Origin: a virus | Taxonomy: Duplodnaviria; Heunggongvirae; Uroviricota; Caudoviricetes | IMG/VR virus record: IMGVR_UViG_3300009784_000001 | Location: 182,418 to 246,417 of that record | DNA: 64,000 nucleotides | Direction: 5' to 3' (one strand) | Shown: one piece after another, positions 1 to 9,147 of the stretch | Position numbering within the stretch: position 1 is the first letter of the stretch | Layout: every line of letters starts with the position of its first letter | The notes under the pieces: generated by a model | Seen by the model: the letters and a program-made list of their open reading frames with translations, nothing else | Told to the model about the DNA's origin: nothing | The model's database searches: none | Translations under genes and position numbers: made by a program

Positions 1-312
1 TACTTTTGTATAATTATTCACATAATTAACTTTGCTATAATCATACTTATCCCCATGTATTAATCTACCTTCTTTTATAAAATATTCTACTGTTTTAGTT
101 ATACTTCTTCCTCTTCTATTTTCATAGCATTTTAAACATCCTCTATTATTTAAATGATCCTTTGGAGTTTGCCAAAATTCCCCATGTTCAGGACAAATTA
201 TACATACTTTTGTTCTATTATTTATATAATTTACTTTTGAATAATTGTATTTATCTCCATGAATTGTATTTGCTTTTTCAATAAATCTTTGTATTGTTAA
301 TTTTTTTCCCAT
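1..312 (-). CDS. Putative homing endonuclease, zinc-binding repeat family (partial, runs off window start)
   Basis: Not in ORF track. ATG at 312 reads MGKKLTIQRFIEKANTIHGDKYNYSKVNYINNRTKVCIICPEHGEFWQTPKDHLNNRGCLKC..., the same repeat as in 39367..40377, 43431..43955 and 44697..45587. TATTTATA element at 330-337 (minus). Confidence 0.8.
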   Translation of the reverse strand, partial: MGKKLTIQRFIEKANTIHGDKYNYSKVNYINNRTKVCIICPEHGEFWQTPKDHLNNRGCLKCYENRRGRSITKTVEYFIKEGRLIHGDKYDYSKVNYVNNYTKV

Positions 313-370
313 ATTAAAAATTACTTATATATAAATATAAGTATGACCGAAAAATCACTAAAAACTGCTC

Positions 371-979
371 TTAATTTTGTTCTGCATCATGTTCTTCTTT
401 ATTATGTAATTTAATTAATGCTATTTGTTCATGCCACATTAATTGATTTGCTAATCTTATAACTGTTGATAATGTACTTGCATTTGTTGTAAAAAAAGTA
501 TCATCAGGTAATACATCAGAAGAAAGAATGGATTCTACTATATCAAGACTTAGGTTATCATAAACATCACATTCTTGAAGCATTAATAATGTTCTTTGCC
601 CACCTCTAAATGCAAAATCATTATTATTCCAACTCCAATATATTCCTCTATCATTTTTCCATTTTTCGGTTTCAGGTTTAAGCATTACTGCTTTTGCTAA
701 ATTTGACAATAAACATGCTTTTATTAGATTATTTTTATCAACTTTCAAAGTATCAGATAATTTTTCATTAATATGTAAAGCATAAGGAGTTAATTTATAT
801 AAATTTTGATATATTAAAGCCCCTTCATAAGCCATTCCAAATACTGAATTATCAGCTAATGGTGCATTCTGAATTTTATTACCATATAATTCAATTAATT
901 TATCAGTATTAATACCAATATCATTTAATTTTTTAGACCAAAGTCCTAAATTTTTAATTCGTTGTTCTTGTGTTAACAT
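371..979 (-). CDS. HD-fold hydrolase-like protein, apparently degenerate
   Basis: AYEGALIYQNL...LIKACLLSNLAKA resembles the YhaM-like 'GGL.EH...LLHD.GK' pattern but lacks the His/Asp residues. Confidence 0.5.
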   Translation of the reverse strand: MLTQEQRIKNLGLWSKKLNDIGINTDKLIELYGNKIQNAPLADNSVFGMAYEGALIYQNLYKLTPYALHINEKLSDTLKVDKNNLIKACLLSNLAKAVMLKPETEKWKNDRGIYWSWNNNDFAFRGGQRTLLMLQECDVYDNLSLDIVESILSSDVLPDDTFFTTNASTLSTVIRLANQLMWHEQIALIKLHNKEEHDAEQN

Positions 980-983
980 AATT

Positions 984-1226
984 TTATTCTTTTATAATTT
1001 TTCTTATAGTTTCCTCTAATCTTTTTTGACAATATTTACAATTTCCTTTATGGGTAAAAACATAACAACCATTATGAGTATAATTTGCAATATATTCACA
1101 ACTATCTATTGTAACAACAATAACATCTTTATCAATTCTATTTGCAATTTCTTCTTTAGAAGCCATTTCACAATTAGTAAAGAATCCCATCAAAAATAAA
1201 CTTATTAAGATATACCATTTTTTCAT
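984..1226 (-). CDS. Small putative lipoprotein
   Basis: MKKW + hydrophobic stretch + Cys19 (lipobox-like); C-terminal IDSCEY...HKGNCKYC. Confidence 0.6.
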   Translation of the reverse strand: MKKWYILISLFLMGFFTNCEMASKEEIANRIDKDVIVVTIDSCEYIANYTHNGCYVFTHKGNCKYCQKRLEETIRKIIKE

Positions 1227-2332
1227 ATTTTATACATTAATTTAATATTCTCTAATATTTTATTATTATCTCTTTTTATCACACTATTATTTTCTTCTGT
1301 TCTTAATTTTCCCATATTCTTAATACATTCTGCCCACTGTTTAACAATATTTGTTTTCTTTGGCTTAAAATTACCTTCAAAAGTTGAAATAACATCAAAA
1401 TGAGAAGTTAGCATTTCTCTTATATCAATATCATATTTTAATTCATTGTATTTATTATTAACTTGTGGTTTTAGTAAACAAAAACGATTATAATTATTAT
1501 CTTCTACTTCATTATACCAAAAACGTTTATAAGGTTCATTTTCTATATTTCCTTCATATTTATTATTAGGTAAAAATTTTAATAAAAATTCTTTATATTT
1601 TTCTGAACATATTTTGTAATCATTTGTAATAATTTTTTCATAAGCCGCCCATACAGTATCTTGTGGATTTTTAATAACTTCGGTTACTTCTCCTGTGAAA
1701 TAGTTATATTGATTAGTAGTTCCTCTTGGATCAAAACCTACAAGAATAAATTGTAATTTATCATAATCATTAAAATATCTGTGCATTCCATCTAATAATT
1801 TCAAATTATATAAATCATATAAGTTTGGCTTTATTTCTATTATATATTTCTCTAAATAATAATTATATGTAAATTTTCTTAATGAAGGAGAATCCTTAAA
1901 TATATAACAATTTGTATTTAATGAAGCAATATTTTCTAATAATTTTTCATTATAATAACAAAATACTTTATCAACTAATCTTATATTATTTGATATTTTT
2001 TCATGAAACTTCTTTCCATTAAACTGATCATAATAAGGATGACCTTTTGGAAGTTGCCAGTATTCATCTACATACAAAATTGTTTTGGTATTTGTATTTT
2101 TCAAATGTTGAATTAGATTCTTACATTTATTATAACTATCTCCAATACAACGATGAAACACAATATAGTCATATTCTTGAAAGTATCTATAATCAGTAGG
2201 ATCTAAATTAGATTCAATATCAATATCAAATAAATTTGAATATATTTCATATAATTTCAAATGTGGCTCAATTAATCCAACTTTACATTCTTTGCTTCCA
2301 TTATTTACTATCAATATTTTTATCTTATTCAT
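1223..2332 (-). CDS. Glycosyltransferase-like protein (GT-B N-terminal features)
   Basis: KIKILIV..., YDYIVFHR, ILYVDEYWQLP resemble phage GT-B enzymes. Start moved to ATG 2332 because a promoter -7 box lies at 2353-2360. Confidence 0.5.
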   Translation of the reverse strand: MNKIKILIVNNGSKECKVGLIEPHLKLYEIYSNLFDIDIESNLDPTDYRYFQEYDYIVFHRCIGDSYNKCKNLIQHLKNTNTKTILYVDEYWQLPKGHPYYDQFNGKKFHEKISNNIRLVDKVFCYYNEKLLENIASLNTNCYIFKDSPSLRKFTYNYYLEKYIIEIKPNLYDLYNLKLLDGMHRYFNDYDKLQFILVGFDPRGTTNQYNYFTGEVTEVIKNPQDTVWAAYEKIITNDYKICSEKYKEFLLKFLPNNKYEGNIENEPYKRFWYNEVEDNNYNRFCLLKPQVNNKYNELKYDIDIREMLTSHFDVISTFEGNFKPKKTNIVKQWAECIKNMGKLRTEENNSVIKRDNNKILENIKLMYKI

Positions 2333-2408
2333 AACATTCAATTTTAACAAAACAAATATATTATAAAAAAGGGAGAAAACAAAATATTTATATCAAAAAT
2401 AAAACAAT

Positions 2409-2726
2409 ATGAAAATAATATATAATAATATAATTCCTTTTAAAGGATTTGCTGCCATAAATTTGTTTGGCATCTTATTTGTTCGCAATGGGATCACAGT
2501 TACAGATGAGATGATAAATCATGAAAAAATACATACAGCACAAATAAGAGAATTAGGTTTTATATTTTTTTACATTTGGTATGCTATTGAATGGTTAATA
2601 AAAATTATTGGATATGGAACAGATGCTTATTACAATATTTCATTTGAATCAGAAGCCTATACAAATGAAAGAAATTTAAATTATCTACAAACTAGAAAGC
2701 ACTATTCTTTTTTAAAATATTTTTGA
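2409..2726 (+). CDS. Small HExxH (zincin-like) membrane-associated protein
   Basis: INHEKIH motif, hydrophobic helix FIFFYIWYAIEWL, AYYNISFESEAY; a pattern common in Bacteroidetes. Confidence 0.65.
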   Translation: MKIIYNNIIPFKGFAAINLFGILFVRNGITVTDEMINHEKIHTAQIRELGFIFFYIWYAIEWLIKIIGYGTDAYYNISFESEAYTNERNLNYLQTRKHYSFLKYF

Positions 2727-2729
2727 AAT

Positions 2730-3344
2730 ATGAATAGTAATATTATAAGTTATATGCTTAAAATAGGGGCAATAAAATTCAATTTTGAAGAGCCTTTTAT
2801 TTGGACTTCTGGTATAAAATCGCCTGTTTATTGTGATAATCGTGCTGCTTTATCTGATTATAATTTACGCAGTATGATTAGGGATGCTTATGTAAAGATT
2901 ATAAAAGATATGTTTCCTGATGTAGAAATAATAGCTGGTGTTGCTACTGGAGCTATTGCACAAGGGGTATTGGTTGCTGATGAATTGAATTTACCGTTTA
3001 TATATGTACGTGAAAAAAAGAAAGAATATGGGTTAACAAAAATTATAGAAGGTCATTTTGAAAAAGGACAAAAGGTAGTAATCCTTGAAGATCTTATATC
3101 TACAGGAGGAAGTAGTTTAAAGGCATGGGAAGTGCTAAATGATGAGAAAATGAATGTATTAGGAATGGTAGCTGCTTTTTCTTACAACTTTCTTGAAACA
3201 AGAAAAAAGTTTATTGAGAAAAACTATAAATTATATACCATTTCGACATTCTCAATGATTAAAGATGTAGCTCTTGAAGAAGGATATATCTCTGAAGAAG
3301 AAATAATGAAATTAGATGAATGGTATAAAAATATATTTCAATAA
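2730..3344 (+). CDS. pyrE: Orotate phosphoribosyltransferase
   Basis: FIWTSGIKSPVYCDNR, GVATGAI, YVREKKKEYG, PRPP loop VVILEDLISTGGSS. Confidence 0.95.
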   Translation: MNSNIISYMLKIGAIKFNFEEPFIWTSGIKSPVYCDNRAALSDYNLRSMIRDAYVKIIKDMFPDVEIIAGVATGAIAQGVLVADELNLPFIYVREKKKEYGLTKIIEGHFEKGQKVVILEDLISTGGSSLKAWEVLNDEKMNVLGMVAAFSYNFLETRKKFIEKNYKLYTISTFSMIKDVALEEGYISEEEIMKLDEWYKNIFQ

Positions 3345-4201
3345 AAACTTTTTAACCTTAAATTTTCTTGTTTTAATTTTTCATTTTCCAATAACAATTC
3401 TTCTTCTCTTGAAAGTTTTCTAGGTTGATTAAATACTGAAGATGACATTATTCTGGTATCTTCATCTTCATCATAATAATTACTTTTCAAAATATCTTCA
3501 CCATTTACAGTTGGCTCAGCAATATATTTAACAATTATATTTCCATTCCATTCTATAATTTTGTATAAAGATAAAATTTTATATTCAAAATACAAAAAAT
3601 CATCAACATTTCCAATTACTGATTGTGTAACAAAAGCAATTTTATTTATATTAGTTAATGGAGTTAATTGGGGATTATCAACTAAATTGTTCAATTCTGA
3701 TATCACATAATTACTAGCTCCATTTTCTACTTGATGTTTGTCAAAATAAATCTCAAGTAATTTATGTGTTCCATTTATATTTCTTACTACTAATTTGTTT
3801 GTATATTTTTCAATAGGAACTTGACAAGAAGTATTTTCAAATAATATATTTGTATATTTTTTTTCTACATTATCTTCATACATTCCTGCTATCGTATTTT
3901 TAATTATAATACCCATTTCAGGTATATAGTTATCATAAGGATCAACTTTCAAATGCCATATTTCTCTGCGTTCTTTAGCTCTCATTTTCTTTGAAGTTTC
4001 CCTTAAAATTAAATAATGTCTATATCTATATTCTTGAACTTGTTTTGTTAACTTTCCATCTAATATATCCTGCAAAACATGATTTTGACTTTGTTGTATT
4101 ATTTGTTTAGATGTGGGAGAAGCATAGGATGTTAACATTTCTGTTTCTGCATTTTTCATACCTAATGCTAAACCTATTGCAGCTTTCTTTAAAAAATTCA
4201 T
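3338..4201 (-). CDS. Hypothetical phage protein
   Basis: 287-aa ORF tightly packed with neighbours; no motif recognised. Confidence 0.75.
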   Translation of the reverse strand: MNFLKKAAIGLALGMKNAETEMLTSYASPTSKQIIQQSQNHVLQDILDGKLTKQVQEYRYRHYLILRETSKKMRAKERREIWHLKVDPYDNYIPEMGIIIKNTIAGMYEDNVEKKYTNILFENTSCQVPIEKYTNKLVVRNINGTHKLLEIYFDKHQVENGASNYVISELNNLVDNPQLTPLTNINKIAFVTQSVIGNVDDFLYFEYKILSLYKIIEWNGNIIVKYIAEPTVNGEDILKSNYYDEDEDTRIMSSSVFNQPRKLSREEELLLENEKLKQENLRLKSFY

Positions 4202-4206
4202 AACAA

Positions 4207-5091
4207 TTATTTTACTTTTATTCTTTTCAATTCACCTGGAACCAACTCATAACAAAATTTTCCATCTTCTAATATGAATAATATTCTTTTTTTTGTACCT
4301 TTTTCTTGTTTTATTATACCATTAAGATCTTTATTGTTAATATTTAATGTAATAAAATTATCCTTTTTTGAAGAAGAAATATCTTCATTAATTCCCAATT
4401 TTTTATTTATTATACTTATATTTTCAACTAATTTATCAAGTATTGGATTATTAATTTGTTGTTGGGGCATATAATTCATCATTGGTTGAATTGGAATACC
4501 TTTTGGAACAGTTATGTTATTTTGATATTGAGATTCTGACAATATTTGTTGTTGTACTGGTTTTGGATTCCATGGATTTGCTGTATCTTGAAATAAATCC
4601 ATTCTTGTATTATCTTTAAGATAATTATTTTTAGAATTATCATTTAAACTTCCATAAAATACACTATCATCAATAGGTCTTTTTTCCATTGATTCTGCTA
4701 TCTCTGGAGGTAAATTAGAAAAATTTTTTCTTCCAGAAGTTGAAGGGGACTGTTGATATTGTTGTTGAAGTTGTCGTACTTGATATTCTGACAACATTGC
4801 TGTTTGTTGTGTTTGATACTGTTGTGGATAATTATTATAAGGAATTTGTTGTTGATTTCTAATCATAGGATATTGTTGTGGAGAAGGATAATTTTCATTC
4901 CCTCCAAATCCTGCTTCTTCTTCAAACATTGAAAAATCATCACTTCCATTATATCCAGCATAACCACCATTCATTTTATTATATTGTTCAGCAAGGTTTG
5001 CTTGTCCCATTATGTTTCTGAATTTATTATTGGGAATACCACCATGAATAGCACTCATAAATTGATTCACTTTATCATCTACTGAAGGCAT
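4207..5091 (-). CDS. Q/N/Y/P-rich low-complexity protein
   Basis: PQQYPMIRNQQQIPYNNYPQQYQTQQ...QQQYQQ tract, LPPEIAESM motif, small basic C-terminal domain. Confidence 0.75.
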   Translation of the reverse strand: MPSVDDKVNQFMSAIHGGIPNNKFRNIMGQANLAEQYNKMNGGYAGYNGSDDFSMFEEEAGFGGNENYPSPQQYPMIRNQQQIPYNNYPQQYQTQQTAMLSEYQVRQLQQQYQQSPSTSGRKNFSNLPPEIAESMEKRPIDDSVFYGSLNDNSKNNYLKDNTRMDLFQDTANPWNPKPVQQQILSESQYQNNITVPKGIPIQPMMNYMPQQQINNPILDKLVENISIINKKLGINEDISSSKKDNFITLNINNKDLNGIIKQEKGTKKRILFILEDGKFCYELVPGELKRIKVK

Positions 5092-5099
5092 AACTTTTT

Positions 5100-5867
5100 T
5101 TATTTATTTTGTTCAATTTTCTGTTCAGTTTCTGTTTTTGATTGACCTGGAACTGGACTTTTATTGTTATTATTTTGCTCTTTTTTATAAAGAGCCATAT
5201 ATCTATTTGATAATGCTTGGGCATCTCTAAATGCTTTTAATGCTCTATCTGCTTGTTCTTGATTACCTTTTCTTCTTGCTTGATTATATAAACTTAAACT
5301 TTGGTTAGCAATTGCTTTAACCTCTTTATATCTATCTTGTGTTGTTTTGCTACTTGTTCCAACATTTATATAAGTTGGAGTTTTTTGTTTCAATTGATCT
5401 AATTGTTTTTCTGTATCAGTTTTAAATACTTCTGGTTCTTTTACTGTTGTAACAGTTATATCTTCTCTTGATTTTGAGCCAAATTTTCTATAATCTGCAT
5501 TATATATAACAGAAACCATCCATCTATCACCCCCTTGATTGTAATTTGGCGCAACCTCTCGATTTATAAACCCTGTTGGTTTCCACATTCCAATATCTTT
5601 AAGATAAAAAATTTTCCAATTGGGAACTTTACTTGCTGTATCACCAAATGGTTGATATGCTCTTAAACATAATTCACCTTTATATCTTCCTACTCCTAAA
5701 CAATAGGGGTCTATATACCTTGTCCCATCAGCTATCTCGTAATCAGGAACTTGGCTTATGTAATCTATAATTATTCTTTCACGTTTTTTAAGTGCATCAA
5801 GTACTTTATCACTACTGACTGATTCTGTGATTAATACTTTTTTAAATATTTCATATAGGCTTATCAT
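5100..5867 (-). CDS. WYL-domain protein with Glu-ending N-terminal leader
   Basis: IIIDY...GTRYIDPYCLG...LRAYQ...WKIFYLKDI fits the WYL SH3-like pattern. Start placed at ATG 5867, downstream of TATTTATA (5894-5901, minus). Confidence 0.7.
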   Translation of the reverse strand: MISLYEIFKKVLITESVSSDKVLDALKKRERIIIDYISQVPDYEIADGTRYIDPYCLGVGRYKGELCLRAYQPFGDTASKVPNWKIFYLKDIGMWKPTGFINREVAPNYNQGGDRWMVSVIYNADYRKFGSKSREDITVTTVKEPEVFKTDTEKQLDQLKQKTPTYINVGTSSKTTQDRYKEVKAIANQSLSLYNQARRKGNQEQADRALKAFRDAQALSNRYMALYKKEQNNNNKSPVPGQSKTETEQKIEQNK

Positions 5868-5923
5868 TTTCAAATAAAAAGTAATATATTTACTATAAAT
5901 ATTCAATATTTAGCTTATTAAAA

Positions 5924-5963
5924 AAAATGCTCAATGTCAACAATCAATGGCAATGAGCATTTT
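5924..5963 (-). terminator. Intrinsic terminator
   Basis: aaaatgctca...tgagcatttt stem, followed by a U-run on the minus strand just after the stop of 5985..6410. Confidence 0.65.
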
Positions 5964-5984
5964 AACTATCAATTTAATATTCTA

Positions 5985-6410
5985 TTAAGTATTACATATA
6001 ACAGGAGTTTTTACAGTTGTACCAACAACATACTGCCCATCAGCAACATTTAATTGTGTATTTACAGTATTGAAACTATATTCATTCAATGGACCATAGT
6101 TATTTATTCCTGTATTTCCTTCTCTACCACTGTGAGATATAGTAGGAACACCTTTTACATCACATTGTGATCCTCCATTAAAACTATCAAAATTTGAATA
6201 ATCTATAGGTGATTGGAAATGTTCACCTATCATTTGTGCTTTATTACAATCTGGAAGATAAAAACCATGTCCACCACTATGGGTTGATTTTTCTGCTACT
6301 GGATCTCCATAAGGTTGAGAATCTCTATATTCATTTTTTGATTCAAGGAGTGGTCTTTGTTCTATTGCAATTCCTTCTAAACAAGTTTGTCCATTTGCTA
6401 AAACTGGCAT
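5985..6410 (-). CDS. Hypothetical late (probably virion) protein
   Basis: Gly/Asn-rich 141 aa; TATTTATT at 6444-6451 (minus). Confidence 0.7.
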   Translation of the reverse strand: MPVLANGQTCLEGIAIEQRPLLESKNEYRDSQPYGDPVAEKSTHSGGHGFYLPDCNKAQMIGEHFQSPIDYSNFDSFNGGSQCDVKGVPTISHSGREGNTGINNYGPLNEYSFNTVNTQLNVADGQYVVGTTVKTPVICNT

Positions 6411-6460
6411 ATTTTTATAATTTTAAGTTCTTATTTAATTAATAATAAATAGTTTTATTT

Positions 6461-9094
6461 TTATTTTTTAATTCCCAAGCCCCCCATTGAAACAGCTTCA
6501 GGATTTGTAGTTATTTTTGAATTATCTTTGTAGTGAGTTTGAATAAAAACATTTTTCATTCCAGCATTTTCTGATCCTTTTTTTGACATTTCAATAGATT
6601 TTTGTGCATTATTTAATGCAGAATTAATCCATTTTTTCATTTCATTTCCGCCATTTAATCTATAAGTTTCATCACTACCATCTCCTGTATAATTATCAAA
6701 ATAATTTTTTATTGTACGAATCCAGTCATATCCAATTTTTCCTTTTCTGTCTATAATATTATCTAATCTTTTATAACCATCTAAATTAGTATATTGAGGA
6801 TTACCTTTTACTTTATTATATATATCTAATAAATAATTATATAAATCATTAGGAACTTGAAATGTATGTGATTTTAACATTGAATTTTCTTCATTAATAT
6901 TTTCTTTTATTTCTACCCAATTATCATCAACAGAAGTAAGTTTTCGTCCAGGTTTAGTATCAATTATTTCAATTAATTCAACCTGGCTACCATTAAATGG
7001 TATATAATTATTTCCTATTATATCATAATTTTCTCCTTCATGAATATTTAGCATAACAACAGAATCATATTCAGGTAAAAAAGTGGAAACATATTGCACA
7101 AGAAGATCGGTATGAATATTTACATCAAAATAGTTTATTTTTTCGATAATATCATCAGGTAATGGTAATTGATCCCAATCTTGTCCCTCAACATCAATTA
7201 CAAATGGCTTATTAAGTTTAAGATTACATTTGTAAATATATCTTCCTTCAAATTTCATAGCATTTTCTAAACTATTTGTAAAATAAATGGGAGTAGTTTT
7301 TAATTTTAAATTCAAATTTTTTAATTCTCTTGCATGATAACCTATAACATTATAAGGTTTTGATTTTAATATTTCTTCATTAACATTATCATATCCAAGT
7401 TTATTTGCTGCATCCATAGCCATTTTTGTTAAAATGGAATTACCTGGTACTGATATACCTACACTTAATAATCTTAATTTCTTAGAAGTATCGCTAAGTG
7501 TATTATCATTCATTATTTTATCAATTCTTTTTTGTACACTTGCAACTGTCCAAACATATTCATTTAATTGTGGTTTAATAATTTTTCTATTTTCTATTAT
7601 AGATGAAATAGCATTGGGTTTTCTTGTCATAGTTATAGTATGCTCTCCATTATCATATGGTTTATCTAAAAATTTAAAACCAAAATGTTGATAGAATTGT
7701 GCTAACCATTCCTCGCTCTCATCTTTTGTATCATAAAACCAACCTAGCGGATAAGGTTTTAAAGCTAATATTTTATTATTTTCATCAGCCCATTCACAAA
7801 TATCTTTCATAAATGCTGTACCATAGCCCTTTCCTTTATCTTTGACAACAATAGTATCAATATAAATCCATCCATTAGGTAGTGATGATAATAATAATTT
7901 TTTTAATTTATATTTACTTTCTAATTCTTGATTAAATTTCCATAAATCTTCATCATTTTTATTGTCATTTAAATAATTAAAATCTTTTGTATCTTCACTT
8001 AATCTTGGCTTAATAATTTTTTTATTTTCGTAAGTTTCAGATTTATATTTATTTTTTATTTCATTATCTCTAAATTTTTTGATTAATTTTGTAATTGTAT
8101 CCAATACTTTTTCTTTCATCAATTCATCTTTTTTTAACATAAATAATGGTATATTAATCCATTCAGAAATAAATCTTTCAAATTCATTAAATATTTCTGT
8201 AGCTATTTCATAACTAGATAAAGAATCAAATAACAAATAGTATATACTATCATTTTTATCACGAATTATCCTATTCACATTATAAGTTAATGTATCAAAA
8301 TCAACATTATAATCATTTTTACCTGTATTATCATTAATTATATAAACATTCATTATACCACCATCATGATAATATGAAACACTATATTCCTTATTATTTT
8401 GAAACCAATTTTTATCATTTGGTCTATGAAAACTCCCATAAGCAACTCCATAATCTTTTGGTATATCTAATCTAATTCCATCATCATACCAATCTCCATT
8501 TTTATATTCTATTTTTTCATTTAGTTTTGGTTTAATAATGCCATTTTTTTTTATAGCTTCCATAACAATATTCCTTAAATCTGCCTTCATGTCAGCAGTT
8601 AAATTACTTTTATCAATATTATTCAATAGATATTTAAGAACTTGGTATCTTGCTTGAGGTTCTCTTAATTTTTGATTAATTATTTGAATTGAATTTTGTA
8701 TTCTTTGTTGTGATGTTGAATCTAAAAAATCATTTATATTTACTTCATTATTATTAAATTCTTCATTTACTCTTTTTTTTTTAATCTCAAATAAATTATT
8801 AATATATTTTTTTTCAAAACTTTCTTTTGTCATTGAATAATTAATAGGTCTTGCACCCATAGCTCTACTCCACCAATAATTCTGTTTTGCTACAAAGTTA
8901 CTTTGTTGGTCAGTAGTTGGATTTTTTTGCCCAACATTTGAATTACCAATCATTCCAACAGCAGATGTATCAGAACCTATGGTAGAATCTGTCGGATCAC
9001 TATCATCCAAATATTCAAAAGAATCATCTTCTTCATCAATATTCATGATAACTTCATCTAACTGTTTTTTTGTGAAAATATATTTTTTACCCAT
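6461..9094 (-). CDS. Multidomain (polyvalent) late protein with GNAT acetyltransferase and ADP-ribosyltransferase-like domains
   Basis: GNAT motif A (IYIDTIVVKDKGKGYGTAFM...LAQFYQHFGF); ART-like (GYHA...IYFTNS..NA...IYKCNLKLNKPF...YDSVV); repeated IIKPxLxE linkers. Confidence 0.75.
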   Translation of the reverse strand: MGKKYIFTKKQLDEVIMNIDEEDDSFEYLDDSDPTDSTIGSDTSAVGMIGNSNVGQKNPTTDQQSNFVAKQNYWWSRAMGARPINYSMTKESFEKKYINNLFEIKKKRVNEEFNNNEVNINDFLDSTSQQRIQNSIQIINQKLREPQARYQVLKYLLNNIDKSNLTADMKADLRNIVMEAIKKNGIIKPKLNEKIEYKNGDWYDDGIRLDIPKDYGVAYGSFHRPNDKNWFQNNKEYSVSYYHDGGIMNVYIINDNTGKNDYNVDFDTLTYNVNRIIRDKNDSIYYLLFDSLSSYEIATEIFNEFERFISEWINIPLFMLKKDELMKEKVLDTITKLIKKFRDNEIKNKYKSETYENKKIIKPRLSEDTKDFNYLNDNKNDEDLWKFNQELESKYKLKKLLLSSLPNGWIYIDTIVVKDKGKGYGTAFMKDICEWADENNKILALKPYPLGWFYDTKDESEEWLAQFYQHFGFKFLDKPYDNGEHTITMTRKPNAISSIIENRKIIKPQLNEYVWTVASVQKRIDKIMNDNTLSDTSKKLRLLSVGISVPGNSILTKMAMDAANKLGYDNVNEEILKSKPYNVIGYHARELKNLNLKLKTTPIYFTNSLENAMKFEGRYIYKCNLKLNKPFVIDVEGQDWDQLPLPDDIIEKINYFDVNIHTDLLVQYVSTFLPEYDSVVMLNIHEGENYDIIGNNYIPFNGSQVELIEIIDTKPGRKLTSVDDNWVEIKENINEENSMLKSHTFQVPNDLYNYLLDIYNKVKGNPQYTNLDGYKRLDNIIDRKGKIGYDWIRTIKNYFDNYTGDGSDETYRLNGGNEMKKWINSALNNAQKSIEMSKKGSENAGMKNVFIQTHYKDNSKITTNPEAVSMGGLGIKK

Positions 9095-9114
9095 GTTAAA
9101 TTTTCAATAATATG

Positions 9115-9130
9115 ATATAAATATTTATAT
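9115..9130. promoter_or_regulatory. Palindromic bidirectional putative late promoter ATATAAATATTTATAT
   Basis: Perfect 16-bp palindrome placing TATTTATA about 20 nt upstream of both divergent starts (9094 minus, 9148 plus). Confidence 0.6.
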
Positions 9131-9147
9131 ATGTAAAAACAAAATGA

